A DNA stretch of 51,840 nt, taken from contig DAIEPO010000002.1 in NCBI GenBank assembly GCA_027348385.1, positions 1-51,840 of the forward strand, in the 5' to 3' direction. The DNA is from a bacterium (lineage in GTDB: Bacteria > Patescibacteriota > Doudnabacteria > UBA920 > VMFF01). Within the stretch, counting starts at the first letter, position 1. The number at the start of each line of letters is the position of its first letter. The notes under the pieces were generated by a model that saw nothing but the letters and a program-made list of their open reading frames with translations, made no database searches and was not told the origin of the DNA. Position numbers and translations under genes: made by a program. Of the stretch, positions 18,627-29,186 are shown in pieces.

Positions 18627-19666
18627 TAGAGCAGGGTGTTAGTTTTTGTGTTTTTACCAAGATGTTTGTAAGCAAGGTCAGTTGCTTCGCGTCCCTTAGG
18701 AGTTCTTTTAATAAAACCAAGACGCAGAAGATATGGTTCGTAAACATCAGTAACCGTATCTTCTTCTTCAGAGGTGGACATGGCCAACGTCTTTAAACCA
18801 ACAGGACCACCACCAAACTTATCAATCAAAGCTTCAAGGATCCTTAGATCATTACGATCAAGCCCCATCTCATCTATCTGCAGCATTTCTAGAGCTTTCT
18901 TTGATGTGTCTGCGTTAATTTTACCATTGCCGTGTACTTCAGCAAAATCACGAACGCGTTTTAGTAGTCTGTTAGCAATACGTGGTGTAAAGCGAGAACG
19001 TTTAGCAAGTTCAATTATAGCTTCCTTGTCATATTCTAGGTTTAATAGACGTGCGCTTCTTTGCAGAATCTTTTCAACTTCTTCTTGTTCATAGAAATCA
19101 AGACGTTGAACCATACCAAAACGATCTCTTAGAGGAGCAGAAATTAAACCCATGCGTGTAGTTGCTCCAACAATTGTAAACTTTGGTAAAGACAAACGCA
19201 TCGAACGAGCTCCTGGTCCTTTGCCTAAAACTAAATCTAGTGCAAATTCTTCCATTGCTGGATAAAGGATCTCTTCTACGTTTTTGTTTAAACGATGGAT
19301 CTCGTCAATGAACAAAATATCATTCTCAGCAAGATTACTCAAAATACTTGCAAGATCACCACCTCTTTCAATAGAAGGGCCTGAAGTTATTTTTATATTC
19401 ACGCCCATTTCGTTTGCCAGAATATGGGCCAGTGTCGTTTTACCGAGACCAGGAGGTCCGTAAAAAAGAGTGTGTTCTAAATTTTCTCCTCTTTGTTTTG
19501 CAGCCTGAATCATGATCTTTAGATTATCCTTAACTTTTTCTTGTCCAACATAATCTGAAAGTTCCTTTGGACGTAGCTGCATATCTAAAGTCGTATCTTT
19601 TACCAAGGGAGAAAGGATTTTTTCTTCTTGTTTTTCTTCGTTAGTTGCTTTTGATGATGAGATCAT
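18626..19666 (-). CDS. ruvB: Holliday junction branch-migration helicase RuvB
   Basis: [33 protein letters not shown]; start moved to MISSSK to remove overlap with the VanW gene. Confidence 0.97.
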   Translation of the reverse strand: MISSSKATNEEKQEEKILSPLVKDTTLDMQLRPKELSDYVGQEKVKDNLKIMIQAAKQRGENLEHTLFYGPPGLGKTTLAHILANEMGVNIKITSGPSIERGGDLASILSNLAENDILFIDEIHRLNKNVEEILYPAMEEFALDLVLGKGPGARSMRLSLPKFTIVGATTRMGLISAPLRDRFGMVQRLDFYEQEEVEKILQRSARLLNLEYDKEAIIELAKRSRFTPRIANRLLKRVRDFAEVHGNGKINADTSKKALEMLQIDEMGLDRNDLRILEALIDKFGGGPVGLKTLAMSTSEEEDTVTDVYEPYLLRLGFIKRTPKGREATDLAYKHLGKNTKTNTLL

Positions 19667-19667
19667 A

Positions 19668-20897
19668 TTATTGTGCAGGAATTGTATTAGGAGTATCGCT
19701 TGCTTGAGTTGGTTCAGGTGTAGTTTCTGTTGGAGTACCAGTTCCTGGTAACTCCAATGTTTTATGAAACAAAGCCGGGGATTGATATGTGCTATTGAAA
19801 ACCTGTTTCTTAATTGTACCATCTGCCGTAGTTACAGTCCTGCCCCAAGTTGCTTTCATTGAACCATCTGGTTTTTTGTCATATACATACGGCGCTTCAA
19901 ACTCTACCTTGCGTTCATCTTTAGTGCCATATATATAGAAGCGGAGATGGTTGCCTTTTTCTAAAACAGGCCAAATTAAGATGTGTGCTGGAGAATCATT
20001 AATAAACTTAAGGTCTTGAACCCCTGGGTAGATGGTTGCATCAGTGCCCTGTGGAGCATAGTATTGCACAGCATAAGAGTGATTTCTCCTCTCAGTTATT
20101 GGAAAACCCGCATTCATCGCTGCTCTAAACATTGTTGAGGAAACCTGACATAAGCCACCACCAAACTCAGGGACCGTACCCTCTTTTTTGATGACTAGCT
20201 CGGGTAAAAAGCCGTGTTCACCATCTACTGGTCCTAAGTACTTGTTAAAGGAGAATGTTTCTCCAGAAGCTAAGAGTGTTCCTCGTTCTTTGTTTACTCC
20301 AACCTTAATATTAAAGATCCTGTTAGCCGGGGAACCAGAATAGTTTGATTCACCGTATGCAATCAATTCATTAATACCCACATCATTAGTTTCGGAAAGT
20401 TTTTTCTTGTTCTCAGTTTGTATAACAACAAGAGCGCTTTCTTTCTTTTCAGCATCTAGATCAGAAATAATTTGATCAACAGATGATTTAGTATCCAGGT
20501 CGCGACCGTTCTTCCCTGGATTAAACTCAGTAACAATGCCATTTTCTGTTTTAAAGACTGCATCCTCAGGTTCACCGTTAATTTCAGAAGCAACATCTTT
20601 TAGAGATGTATATATCGCCGCAAGATTATATTCCAAAAAAGTTGATTTAACTTTTGTTTTGTTCCTTAAACCAAGTTCAGTTAAAAGAAAAGCATCAGCA
20701 TTTTTTTCTGGCTCTAGAGAAATGAATTTAAGGTTAGCGTTAGTTGGCTTTTGCCAATTTTTTAAGGTTGCAGCTGGAATATTAAACTCTTGATCATCTG
20801 CAAGCAAAGTAAAAGCGCTCGCTTTTGTAGAGAGTGCAAAGAAGAGCAAGAGTGTTAACCCAACCCCAATATTATATTTTAAAATTCTTTTTAGCAT
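19668..20897 (-). CDS. VanW family exported protein
   Basis: Signal peptide (ASA); [27 protein letters not shown]. Confidence 0.88.
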   Translation of the reverse strand: MLKRILKYNIGVGLTLLLFFALSTKASAFTLLADDQEFNIPAATLKNWQKPTNANLKFISLEPEKNADAFLLTELGLRNKTKVKSTFLEYNLAAIYTSLKDVASEINGEPEDAVFKTENGIVTEFNPGKNGRDLDTKSSVDQIISDLDAEKKESALVVIQTENKKKLSETNDVGINELIAYGESNYSGSPANRIFNIKVGVNKERGTLLASGETFSFNKYLGPVDGEHGFLPELVIKKEGTVPEFGGGLCQVSSTMFRAAMNAGFPITERRNHSYAVQYYAPQGTDATIYPGVQDLKFINDSPAHILIWPVLEKGNHLRFYIYGTKDERKVEFEAPYVYDKKPDGSMKATWGRTVTTADGTIKKQVFNSTYQSPALFHKTLELPGTGTPTETTPEPTQASDTPNTIPAQ

Positions 20898-21315
20898 TTT
20901 TTATGGTTATTTTCCTCTCTGTGTTTTTTAAAGAAAAAACTTCAAACTTTAAATAAATCGTATTCTTCGGCAGGTGTTTTTTAATTCGTTCTGCCCATTC
21001 AATGATAAAGACGTTATCTTTCAAACCCCAAAGCTCTTCTAGACCCAAAGCGGCGATCTCTTTGAAGGAAGAAGTTCTGTAAAGATCAAGATGGTAGTAG
21101 GTTGTCTTTTTATGAACATAGGGAACCATCAAAACAAATGTTGGGCTAACAATCCTGCTTTTAATACCAAGTTCTTTAAGCAAAAACTTGGTAAAAGTGG
21201 TTTTACCAGCCCCAAGTTCCCCTGATAAAGCGAGAATTTCACCCCCCTTAAGGGTTTTTGCTACTATCTGGGCAAACTTTTTAAGCTCTTTTAAGCTATG
21301 TATCTTAACAACCAT
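20872..21315 (-). CDS. tsaE: tRNA threonylcarbamoyladenosine biosynthesis ATPase TsaE
   Basis: GELGAGKTTF, SPTF, HLDLYR, IEWA. Confidence 0.96.
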   Translation of the reverse strand: MVVKIHSLKELKKFAQIVAKTLKGGEILALSGELGAGKTTFTKFLLKELGIKSRIVSPTFVLMVPYVHKKTTYYHLDLYRTSSFKEIAALGLEELWGLKDNVFIIEWAERIKKHLPKNTIYLKFEVFSLKNTERKITIKNAKKNFKI

Positions 21316-21381
21316 ACCCTAATTTTATCAGGAAACTAAGGGTATTGCGAAAAGTGCGTTTTTACTGTATATTTACGAGCT

Positions 21382-22524
21382 ATGCAAACACCTGACCAAG
21401 AAAAACTCTTTGAGTTGATAAGCAAATCCCAGCGCATTTTGATTGCTTTGCCAGAACACCCAAACGGGGATACGTTAGGTGGCAGCCTTGCCCTGGCTTC
21501 TTTTTTGCGCAAACTTAACAAAGAGGTTGAAGTTTACTGTGAACGAAAAGATTTTGGCAGCCTTTCTTTCTTGCCAGGTATAGAGCAGGTGCACCATGAA
21601 ATAGTTTTTCCTAAAAGCTTTGTCATCACAGTTAAAACTGAGAACGCAAAGCTTGATGAACTAAGCTATGACCTACTTCCTGAAAACGTAAACATCTACT
21701 TAAAACCAAAAGAAGGAGTTTTTTCACCAGAAGATGTTTCATTCAGCAGTGATGTTACTAGATTCAATTTAATCATCTGTGTTGATGTGGCTTCTTTAGA
21801 ATCACTAGGTGCGCTCTACGAGAAAAATGCTGAAATGTTTTTTGCAGTTCCTAAAGTAAACATTGATAACCATATTCATAATGATAACTACGGTAATATA
21901 AACATCGTTGATGTTACAGCATCCTCATCTTCAGAAATTTTGCTGGCTCTTTTAAGAGACTATGAAGCAAGTTTGATTGATCAAGATATTGCCACAAATC
22001 TTTTAACAGGTATCATTACAGAAACAAATAGCTTTCAACATAACAAAACAACCCCAAGCTCTTTTGTTAATGCTTCAGAATTAATTTCGTACGGTGCTAA
22101 ACAACAAGAAATAGTCCGAAACCTTTTCAAGACCAAAGAATTACCCGTGTTAAAACTTTGGGGCAGAGCCATGGCACGTATTCAAACAATTCCAGAGTAT
22201 GCTACGATTTTTTCAGTGGTTGGTATTTCTGATATTGAAAAATCAGAAGCTGGTGAAGCAGAAATATTCCAGGTAGCTCAGGATTTCATGGTTAATATAA
22301 ACGACGCGAAAATGCTTTTCTTTGTCGCAGAAAGACCAGGGTACTTAGAGATGTATGTTGCTTCCAATCCAAACATTAAATTAAAAGAACTAGTTAATTA
22401 CTTAGGTGGTAGCTTTGTCGCTGATGGTTTAGGGAAAATATTGATAAAAGACAAGCAAATCACCGAAGTAGACCAGATTATCAAGCAAACACTAGCAGAT
22501 TTGAAGATCAGACTTGGCATATAG
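21382..22524 (+). CDS. DHH-family phosphoesterase-like protein, degenerate motifs
   Basis: PNGDTLGG, VDV, IDNH, ITETNSF at the positions of DHH motifs I-IV. Confidence 0.75.
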   Translation: MQTPDQEKLFELISKSQRILIALPEHPNGDTLGGSLALASFLRKLNKEVEVYCERKDFGSLSFLPGIEQVHHEIVFPKSFVITVKTENAKLDELSYDLLPENVNIYLKPKEGVFSPEDVSFSSDVTRFNLIICVDVASLESLGALYEKNAEMFFAVPKVNIDNHIHNDNYGNINIVDVTASSSSEILLALLRDYEASLIDQDIATNLLTGIITETNSFQHNKTTPSSFVNASELISYGAKQQEIVRNLFKTKELPVLKLWGRAMARIQTIPEYATIFSVVGISDIEKSEAGEAEIFQVAQDFMVNINDAKMLFFVAERPGYLEMYVASNPNIKLKELVNYLGGSFVADGLGKILIKDKQITEVDQIIKQTLADLKIRLGI

Positions 22525-22536
22525 TATACTGCAGTC

Positions 22537-24180
22537 ATGCAGCTTCAAGATCAGCAGACACAAAAAGATTTTCAAAAGAAACTAACTGATGTAAACCGAA
22601 AGATGGAAGAAGAGCAAGCTTCGCAACGCTCTTTTCTTTTTGGCATACAATACATTGATCTTTCAACATTCCCTGTTGATTTAAATGCTATGGGTTTGTG
22701 GAGTGAACAACAATGTACTGATTCACACGCCGTAGTTTTTTACAAAGAAGGTAATGATGTTAGGGTTGGCACAATAGATCCTCAAAATCCTGCTCTAAAA
22801 CAAAACCTTGAAACACTAAAAACCGAACATGGTTACAAAGTAACCCTTTACTTAATTTCTGAATCAAGCTTGCAACAAGCATACAAACTTTTCCCTAAAG
22901 TTGTAAGACATGCAGTCGTTAAAGAAGATGGTGTAGAAGTTAAAGCAGAACAAGACTACGCAGTCGCTTTGAAAGATTTAGAAAATGGAGCGCAGATTTC
23001 TGCAACCCAGATTCTTTCTGTTCTCTTAGGTGCTGCAGACAAACACGGAGCTTCAGACATTCACTTAGAACCAGAAGAGCATTTCATCAAGGTTCGTTTT
23101 CGTTTAGATGGCGTGCTTCAGGATATGGCGCATCTAAGCAAGGATTACCAGAAGACAATAATTTCAAGAGTAAAAATTCTTTCGCATTTAAAGTTAAACG
23201 TTGAAGATATTCCACAAGATGGACGTTTTACTTACATGTTAAATTCTAAACCAACCGATGTTCGTGTTTCAGTACTACCTTCTGCATATGGTGAAGGTGT
23301 GGTTATGCGTATCTTAGGGATGGGGGCTGTCAGCTTAAAATTAAAAGAGCTAGGTTTTTCAGACAAAGACTACGAATTAATTCAAACAGAACTTCAAAAA
23401 CCAAACGGCATGATCATTACTACTGGACCAACTGGTTCTGGTAAAACTACAACACTTTATGCTTTCTTAAACCAGCTTAATGAACCAGGGGTTAAAATAA
23501 TTACGCTGGAAGACCCAGTTGAATACAAACTTGAAGGTATTAACCAAACACCAATTGATTCTTCAAAAGGCTTAACCTTTGCAGCTGGCTTAAGAGCAAT
23601 ATTAAGACAAGACCCAGATGTTGTCATGGTCGGTGAAGTTAGAGACCAAGAAACAGCAGAAGTAGCATTACAGGCAGCATTAACAGGACACGTTGTTTTA
23701 AGCACATTGCACACCAATGATGCAGCTGGAGCCATTCCAAGACTTAGAAATATGGGTATTAAGCCATATGTCATTGCTCCTGGAATGAATGCAATCATAG
23801 CCCAAAGATTGGTGCGAAAGCTTTGCACAGAGTGCAAACAAGAAGTAAAACTAGACCCCTTTCTTTTAACAAAAGTTCAGAAAATACTAAGTGATATTCC
23901 AAAAAACTCTGGGGTTGAGATTCCAACAGAACAAAAGTTTTTCCATGCCCCAGGCTGTGACAAATGTAACAAAACAGGATACAAAGGAAGAATTGGTATT
24001 TATGAGCTAATCATAAAAGACGACGTAGTTGAAAAATTGATCCTTGCAGAAGCAGGTAGCAACGAGCTTAAGGCTGCAATGATTGCTCAGGGTATGTTAA
24101 CGATGACTCAAGACGGATTAGTCAAAGCACTTAAAGGGATTACTGACGTTGAAGAAGTATTTAGAGTTTCTCAAGATTAA
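22537..24180 (+). CDS. pilB: Type IV pilus assembly ATPase (PilB/GspE family)
   Basis: ASDIH, TGPTGSGKTT, EDPVE, LRQDPD, TLHTN, two CxxC motifs. Confidence 0.88.
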   Translation: MQLQDQQTQKDFQKKLTDVNRKMEEEQASQRSFLFGIQYIDLSTFPVDLNAMGLWSEQQCTDSHAVVFYKEGNDVRVGTIDPQNPALKQNLETLKTEHGYKVTLYLISESSLQQAYKLFPKVVRHAVVKEDGVEVKAEQDYAVALKDLENGAQISATQILSVLLGAADKHGASDIHLEPEEHFIKVRFRLDGVLQDMAHLSKDYQKTIISRVKILSHLKLNVEDIPQDGRFTYMLNSKPTDVRVSVLPSAYGEGVVMRILGMGAVSLKLKELGFSDKDYELIQTELQKPNGMIITTGPTGSGKTTTLYAFLNQLNEPGVKIITLEDPVEYKLEGINQTPIDSSKGLTFAAGLRAILRQDPDVVMVGEVRDQETAEVALQAALTGHVVLSTLHTNDAAGAIPRLRNMGIKPYVIAPGMNAIIAQRLVRKLCTECKQEVKLDPFLLTKVQKILSDIPKNSGVEIPTEQKFFHAPGCDKCNKTGYKGRIGIYELIIKDDVVEKLILAEAGSNELKAAMIAQGMLTMTQDGLVKALKGITDVEEVFRVSQD

Positions 24181-24183
24181 AAT

Positions 24184-24948
24184 ATGGATGAATTTTTAAA
24201 AAAAATTATAGTCCAAGCAGGAGACGCTGCTTTAGAATTGCAAGTAAAAGCAAAAGTAGCATACGCAAAAAAACATGCAACTGACATTGTTACTGAAGGT
24301 GATTTACTTGCAAACAAAATAATAACAGAGGCAATAAAAGAGAAATATCCAGAGCACGTAATTCTTTCTGAAGAGGGTGAGCATAAACTAGGAGAAGAAT
24401 ACACTTGGATCATTGATCCAATAGATGGCACCTTCAACTATTCCAAAGGTACTCCGTTGTTCTGTGTCATCATAGGACTAGCCTACAAAAAAGAAATGCT
24501 CATGGGAGCTGTTTACGCTCCAGCACTAAACGAACTATATTTTGCCGAAAAAGGAAAAGGAGCTTTTCTGAATGATCAGAAAATCCATTGCGGTGATGTT
24601 ACAGATATAACTTTGGGTTTTGGTAATGCCATGACTTTAATTGGTCCAACGCGCATGGAGTTATTAGAAAAATTTGTAAAAGAAGCAAAACAGCACAACA
24701 TTTGGATGGGTAGTATAGGCGTATTAGGACTTTCACTTGCCTGGGTAGCTGATGGTAAAAGAGACTGGATCATTTCTCAAGGAGGCAGCATCTGGGATTA
24801 TGCTGCTGGGGCATTAATCCTTACAGAAGCAGGTGCAAAGATATCAGATATAAATGGGAACCCTTGGGTCTTAAGTGACGGTATTGATAGCATCATTGCT
24901 GCAGGCACAACTGAGCTTCATGAGTACCTCAAAAAGATGCTAAAATAG
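24184..24948 (+). CDS. Inositol monophosphatase family protein
   Basis: SEE, WIIDPIDGT, WDYAAG. Confidence 0.9.
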   Translation: MDEFLKKIIVQAGDAALELQVKAKVAYAKKHATDIVTEGDLLANKIITEAIKEKYPEHVILSEEGEHKLGEEYTWIIDPIDGTFNYSKGTPLFCVIIGLAYKKEMLMGAVYAPALNELYFAEKGKGAFLNDQKIHCGDVTDITLGFGNAMTLIGPTRMELLEKFVKEAKQHNIWMGSIGVLGLSLAWVADGKRDWIISQGGSIWDYAAGALILTEAGAKISDINGNPWVLSDGIDSIIAAGTTELHEYLKKMLK

Positions 24949-24971
24949 CGGGGTTTAGGTATAATCAGAGT

Positions 24972-27734
24972 ATGCCTAAGAACTTAGAAAAGAGCTTTAA
25001 ACGCTACATGCTAGTAGATGGGAATGCTTTAATCCATCGTGCTTTTCACGCTATCCCAAACCTTTCCACAAAATCAGGTGAGCCAACAAACGCAGTCTAC
25101 GGTTTTTGCTCAATCTTGCTTAAAGCCATCAAAGATATTAAGCCAACGCACATTGCGTTGACTTTTGATTTGGCAGGCCCAACATTTAGACACGATCAAT
25201 ACAAAGAATACAAAGCAACCAGAGTTAAGGCAGCCGATGAACTTTACGCACAAATTCCAAGATGCAAAGAAGTGGTTGCTGATTTAGGCATTCCAATCTA
25301 CGAACAGCAAGGGTTTGAAGCAGATGATATGCTTGGGACTCTAGCAGAACACATAAAACATTCAAACAATGATCACAAACATTTTGAAGCAATAATTGTT
25401 ACAGGTGATTTAGATACACTACAGCTTGTTGATGAACACGTTAAAGTTTACACACTGCGTAAAGGTTTAACAGACACTATGATATATACTCCTGAAGCAG
25501 TCTTTGAGCGCTATGGCATCAAACCAACACAAATGGTTGATTTCAAAGCCATCAAAGGAGACCCCTCAGACAACATCCCAGGAGTAAAAGGGATTGGTGA
25601 GAAAGGCGCTTTAGATTTAATTAAGGAATATGGTAGCTTAGAAAAGATCTACGCAAACATCGACAAGTTAAAAGAAAAAACCAGGAAACTTTTTGAAGAG
25701 CAAAAAGAACAAATCCAAATGTCATATGAGCTTTCAAAAATCATCCGAGACGTTAAAATTGATTTTAACATTCCAGCATACGAATTTTCACAGATTAACT
25801 ACGCTAAGATAGTTGAACTTTTCCAAAAGCTTGAATTTAAATCCTTAATTCCGAAATTACCACAAGTCTCAGGTACCAAAGAAACAACAACCGAAGAACC
25901 GAAAGATACAACACCAAAACACAATGAGCATTACAAGCTAGTTGATACTGAAACAGAATTAGAAAAACTAACCAACCTTCTTTCTAAAGAAGAAGAGTTT
26001 GTCTTTGATACTGAAACAGAAGGATTAGGAGCTTTGGACTATGATTTAGTAGGTATATCCTTTTCTTTCAAAGAAGGGCACGCATATTACCTCCCTGCTG
26101 ACTTTCTAAAGACCTCAAAGAATAAAGAGATACATAATATTTTTGCAAACCCAAACATAAAGAAAATAGGGCACAATATTAAATATGATTACCTCGCATT
26201 AAAGAAATTCGGTATTGAAGTAAAAAATCTTTACTTTGATACAATGATTGCTTCGTACTTACTAGCTCCTGGCTCCCGTTCACATGATTTAGATAGTCTT
26301 GCGTTTAACGAGTTTGGATATCAGATGCAGCCAATCGAAGATCTAATTGGTAAAGGTAAGAATGAGATAAGCATGAAAGACGCCCCCAAAGAAAAAGTTT
26401 GTTTCTATGCCGCAGAAGATGCTGACTACACTTTCCGGTTAAAACAAAAGCTTCTCCCTGAATTAAAAAAAGAAGGCTTAGACAAAGTTTTCTTTGAGAT
26501 TGATATGCCACTGACAAAAGTGCTTGCTGAGATGGAGGAAAACGGAATCATTCTAGACATACCGCTTTTCAAAAAGCTCGAAAAAGAAGTTCAGCATGAT
26601 CTTCAAAAACTAGAAGCCAATATTTTCAAAGAAGCTGGTGAAGAATTTAACATCAACTCCCCGGCGCAGTTAAAAGTCATCCTTTTTCAGAAGCTAAATA
26701 TTCCGTTTGGCGCTGAAGGGACATTCATTAAAAAAACAAAAACTGGATATTCCACAGCAGCTTCAGAGTTAGAAAAGATGAAAGGGTTACACCCAATTAT
26801 CGACAAAATCCTAGAATACAGAGAGCTAAGCAAGTTACAATCAACATACGTTAAAGCACTGCCTGAATTAGTTAGCAAAAGAGATCATCGTTTACACACC
26901 AGCTATAATCAAACAATTACAGCAACTGGTAGAGTTTCTTCATCCAACCCAAATCTTCAAAACATTCCCGCAGGAAGCTCTGGGTATGCTGCTGAAATAC
27001 GCAAAGGATTTTTAGCAGCTAAAGGGTACAAACTTGTTTCTATCGACTATTCCCAGATTGAATTAAGAGTCGTAGCACATCTTTCTGGTGATAAGACCAT
27101 GCTTGAGGTCTTTAAAAAAGGAGAGGACATTCATACAGCAACTGCAATGCAGCTTTATGGCATCACTGATCCTAGCAAAGTCACCAAAGAAATGCGCAGA
27201 GATGCTAAGACTATAAACTTCGGGGTGCTTTATGGCCTTTCATCCTTTGGTCTTTCTGAAAGAGTTGATATGACTAGATCCGAAGCTTCTGATTTCATAA
27301 AAAAATACTTTGAAGTTTTTTCTTCAGTAGAACAATATTTAAAAAAGGTTGTAGCAGAAACAAAAGCTAATGGCTACACTCACAACGAGCTTGGCAGAAA
27401 GAGATACTTCCCAGAGATTAACTCTTCACAGTTCCAAGTCCGAGCAGCAGCAGAACGTGCTGCTATAAACATGCCGATGCAATCACTAGCCGCAGATATT
27501 TTTAAGATATCTATGAACAAGATCGAGCAAACAATTGGTTTGCAATCAGAAGAGATCAAGCTCTTATTGCAAGTTCATGATGAACTAGTCTTTGAGATTA
27601 AAGAATCCGAAGTATTAAAGTATGCCAAGCAAATTAAAGAGATCATGCAAGATGCATACAAATTAAAAGTTCCTTTGGTTGCAGATGTTAAAGTCGGAGA
27701 TAACTGGGGCGAGATGCAAGAATTAAAGATATAA
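24972..27734 (+). CDS. polA: DNA polymerase I
   Basis: 5'-3' exonuclease (VDGN, GDPSDNIPG), 3'-5' exonuclease (DTET, YAAEDA), polymerase (DYSQIELR, QVHDEL). Confidence 0.98.
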   Translation: MPKNLEKSFKRYMLVDGNALIHRAFHAIPNLSTKSGEPTNAVYGFCSILLKAIKDIKPTHIALTFDLAGPTFRHDQYKEYKATRVKAADELYAQIPRCKEVVADLGIPIYEQQGFEADDMLGTLAEHIKHSNNDHKHFEAIIVTGDLDTLQLVDEHVKVYTLRKGLTDTMIYTPEAVFERYGIKPTQMVDFKAIKGDPSDNIPGVKGIGEKGALDLIKEYGSLEKIYANIDKLKEKTRKLFEEQKEQIQMSYELSKIIRDVKIDFNIPAYEFSQINYAKIVELFQKLEFKSLIPKLPQVSGTKETTTEEPKDTTPKHNEHYKLVDTETELEKLTNLLSKEEEFVFDTETEGLGALDYDLVGISFSFKEGHAYYLPADFLKTSKNKEIHNIFANPNIKKIGHNIKYDYLALKKFGIEVKNLYFDTMIASYLLAPGSRSHDLDSLAFNEFGYQMQPIEDLIGKGKNEISMKDAPKEKVCFYAAEDADYTFRLKQKLLPELKKEGLDKVFFEIDMPLTKVLAEMEENGIILDIPLFKKLEKEVQHDLQKLEANIFKEAGEEFNINSPAQLKVILFQKLNIPFGAEGTFIKKTKTGYSTAASELEKMKGLHPIIDKILEYRELSKLQSTYVKALPELVSKRDHRLHTSYNQTITATGRVSSSNPNLQNIPAGSSGYAAEIRKGFLAAKGYKLVSIDYSQIELRVVAHLSGDKTMLEVFKKGEDIHTATAMQLYGITDPSKVTKEMRRDAKTINFGVLYGLSSFGLSERVDMTRSEASDFIKKYFEVFSSVEQYLKKVVAETKANGYTHNELGRKRYFPEINSSQFQVRAAAERAAINMPMQSLAADIFKISMNKIEQTIGLQSEEIKLLLQVHDELVFEIKESEVLKYAKQIKEIMQDAYKLKVPLVADVKVGDNWGEMQELKI

Positions 27735-27760
27735 AAATACCGCCTCAACGGCGGTATTTT
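27734..27760. terminator. Bidirectional terminator
   Basis: AAAATACCGCC-tcaac-GGCGGTATTTT. Confidence 0.85.
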
Positions 27761-27770
27761 AATTTATCAG

Positions 27771-28028
27771 TTATTTCTTCAAAGCCTTTGCCATTCTTGA
27801 TTTATTCCTAGAGGCTTTGTTCTTATGTATAACACCTTTTTTAGCAGCTTTGTCTAAAGCAGCCATTGCTTTTCTCATTGCTTCAGAAGCTTCACTTTTC
27901 TTTCCAGCTTTAATGAGTTTCTTAACTTCCTTAACGCTGTTTTTTGCTGCTTCTTTAACTGTTAGATTAAAAGTTCTTCTTCGTGCTGATTGTCTCATTG
28001 CTTTGGCAGCACTCTTTGTATTTGGCAT
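27771..28028 (-). CDS. rpsT: 30S ribosomal protein S20
   Basis: MPNTKSAAK, DKAAKKGVIHKNKASR. Confidence 0.97.
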   Translation of the reverse strand: MPNTKSAAKAMRQSARRRTFNLTVKEAAKNSVKEVKKLIKAGKKSEASEAMRKAMAALDKAAKKGVIHKNKASRNKSRMAKALKK

Positions 28029-28113
28029 TTACTATTTCTTTAATTATATTAAGAGGATTTTTAAACGGGATATGCTTAATCTATCATAATCCTTTGATTT
28101 TTTCAAGGTATTT

Positions 28114-28160
28114 GTGGAGGTCCCGCTCTACAAGCTGATAGCTTGCGAGCGGGGATCCAC
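28114..28160. other. Long GC-rich hairpin downstream of orphan gene
   Basis: GTGGA..CCCGCTC..CAAGCT-gat-AGCTTG..GAGCGGG..TCCAC; no clear U-tract. Confidence 0.6.
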
Positions 28161-28172
28161 ACACCAGACCTC

Positions 28173-28382
28173 CTACTTGCTTGCGAAAGCGTGACGCACG
28201 ATCAGGCTAATGCAGGAGATGACTGCTGCTGTGATCAGCAGCGCTGTCAGCATCGAGATCATTGCCATTGCTCCGTCTTTGGTCTTCTCTGAGAGAAGAA
28301 ACGGCAGCGTTAGCAGTAGCACTGTGACCCAGCTACCCATTGCCAGATGAATCTTTCTTCCGTGCTGAGGGGCGCTTTCCAT
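28173..28382 (-). CDS. GC-rich orphan two-TM protein (69 aa, MESAPQHGRK...)
   Basis: GAGGA RBS before ATG 28382; own promoter TTGCAA(28521-28526)-17nt-TATAAT(28498-28503). Confidence 0.65.
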   Translation of the reverse strand: MESAPQHGRKIHLAMGSWVTVLLLTLPFLLSEKTKDGAMAMISMLTALLITAAVISCISLIVRHAFASK

Positions 28383-28540
28383 CGTCACAATTCCTCGCAG
28401 GTTGTGGGAGTTGAAGTTTTTTTCAAACTTCTGGTGTGTGTCTGTGCTCGGAATCTCTTCGTCAAAAGACAAAGCTATCCACAAATCACAGACAGCAATT
28501 ATATCCAAGAAACTTTACTTTTGCAAGACCCGGGCTATTA

Positions 28541-28590
28541 CAACAAACGAAAAGCGCCCGTTCTGATGATTTCAGATTGGGCGCTGTTCG
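28541..28590 (-). terminator. Intrinsic terminator of the 28607-29026 gene
   Basis: CGAACAGCGCCCAATCTGA...TCAGAACGGGCGCTTTTCGTTTGTTG. Confidence 0.7.
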
Positions 28591-28606
28591 CACGTGCAAA
28601 TGGGCG

Positions 28607-29026
28607 CTAGTGGTGGTGACCTCCAGCCAGGGTAAAGGAGGCAAAGAGTCCACCGGTGGCCGTAAGCCAGGTAACGCCGACGATGCTCTCAATGTTGTGG
28701 TTCATGAAAAGGAGCAACGTCAGCAAGGCCACCCCGTAGCAGATCGTTCCGACCATCATCCATCTGTCGCCATGGGACGAACGTTCTTCGAGCGCGCTCC
28801 GGTTGACGGCCAGGATGAAGAGAATCGCTGGGACGAGCATGTTGCCCATTATGTCGAACTGCTCGCCGCGGGAGCTCTGGCCGATGACCTTTGAGATCGC
28901 CCAGAAGTGGGCGGCCAGAAGGCCAGCAAGCCACCACTGCACGTTGGGCCATTCGAACAGGGCGAGGCGCTTGATGCGCTTGTGAAGTGGAAGCTTCTCT
29001 GTGGAGGCTGCGTGCGTGTGTGACAT
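28607..29026 (-). CDS. GC-rich orphan four-TM membrane protein
   Basis: 139 aa with four hydrophobic segments; AAGGA RBS; promoter TTGACA(29170-29175)-17nt-TACAGT(29147-29152). Confidence 0.7.
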   Translation of the reverse strand: MSHTHAASTEKLPLHKRIKRLALFEWPNVQWWLAGLLAAHFWAISKVIGQSSRGEQFDIMGNMLVPAILFILAVNRSALEERSSHGDRWMMVGTICYGVALLTLLLFMNHNIESIVGVTWLTATGGLFASFTLAGGHHH

Positions 29027-29186
29027 TAGGCATCCTTGTCAGCTAAGCTGACAGTGTGGGTTCCATGTATTTGCAGGTGCGTCCTGGTTTCGAGTTTCTT
29101 CGTTTGTTTTGAAAGACAAACAAATACGCTACAGCCAGAATAGATGACTGTAGCATAAATAGAGCTTTCTGTCAATACAGAAAGTT

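Noticed and set aside
19667..19822. N-terminal extensions in the ORF track for ruvB (also aroF, tyrA-pheA, tyrS, dnaA, ruvA)
   Set aside because: They overlap neighbouring genes or regulatory RNA; downstream ATGs fit RBS or leaderless promoters and family N-termini
28347..29033. Several overlapping ORFs (28347-28610, 28436-28894, 28486-28692, 28689-29033, 28803-28985)
   Set aside because: Stop-poor alternative frames of GC-rich DNA without RBS or promoter; the two minus-strand TM genes explain the region
29036..29054. 8-10 nt complementarity between the candidate sRNA at 8292 and the RBS hairpin of the 29026 gene
   Set aside because: The two matches are not colinear for antiparallel pairing and are short enough to arise by chance
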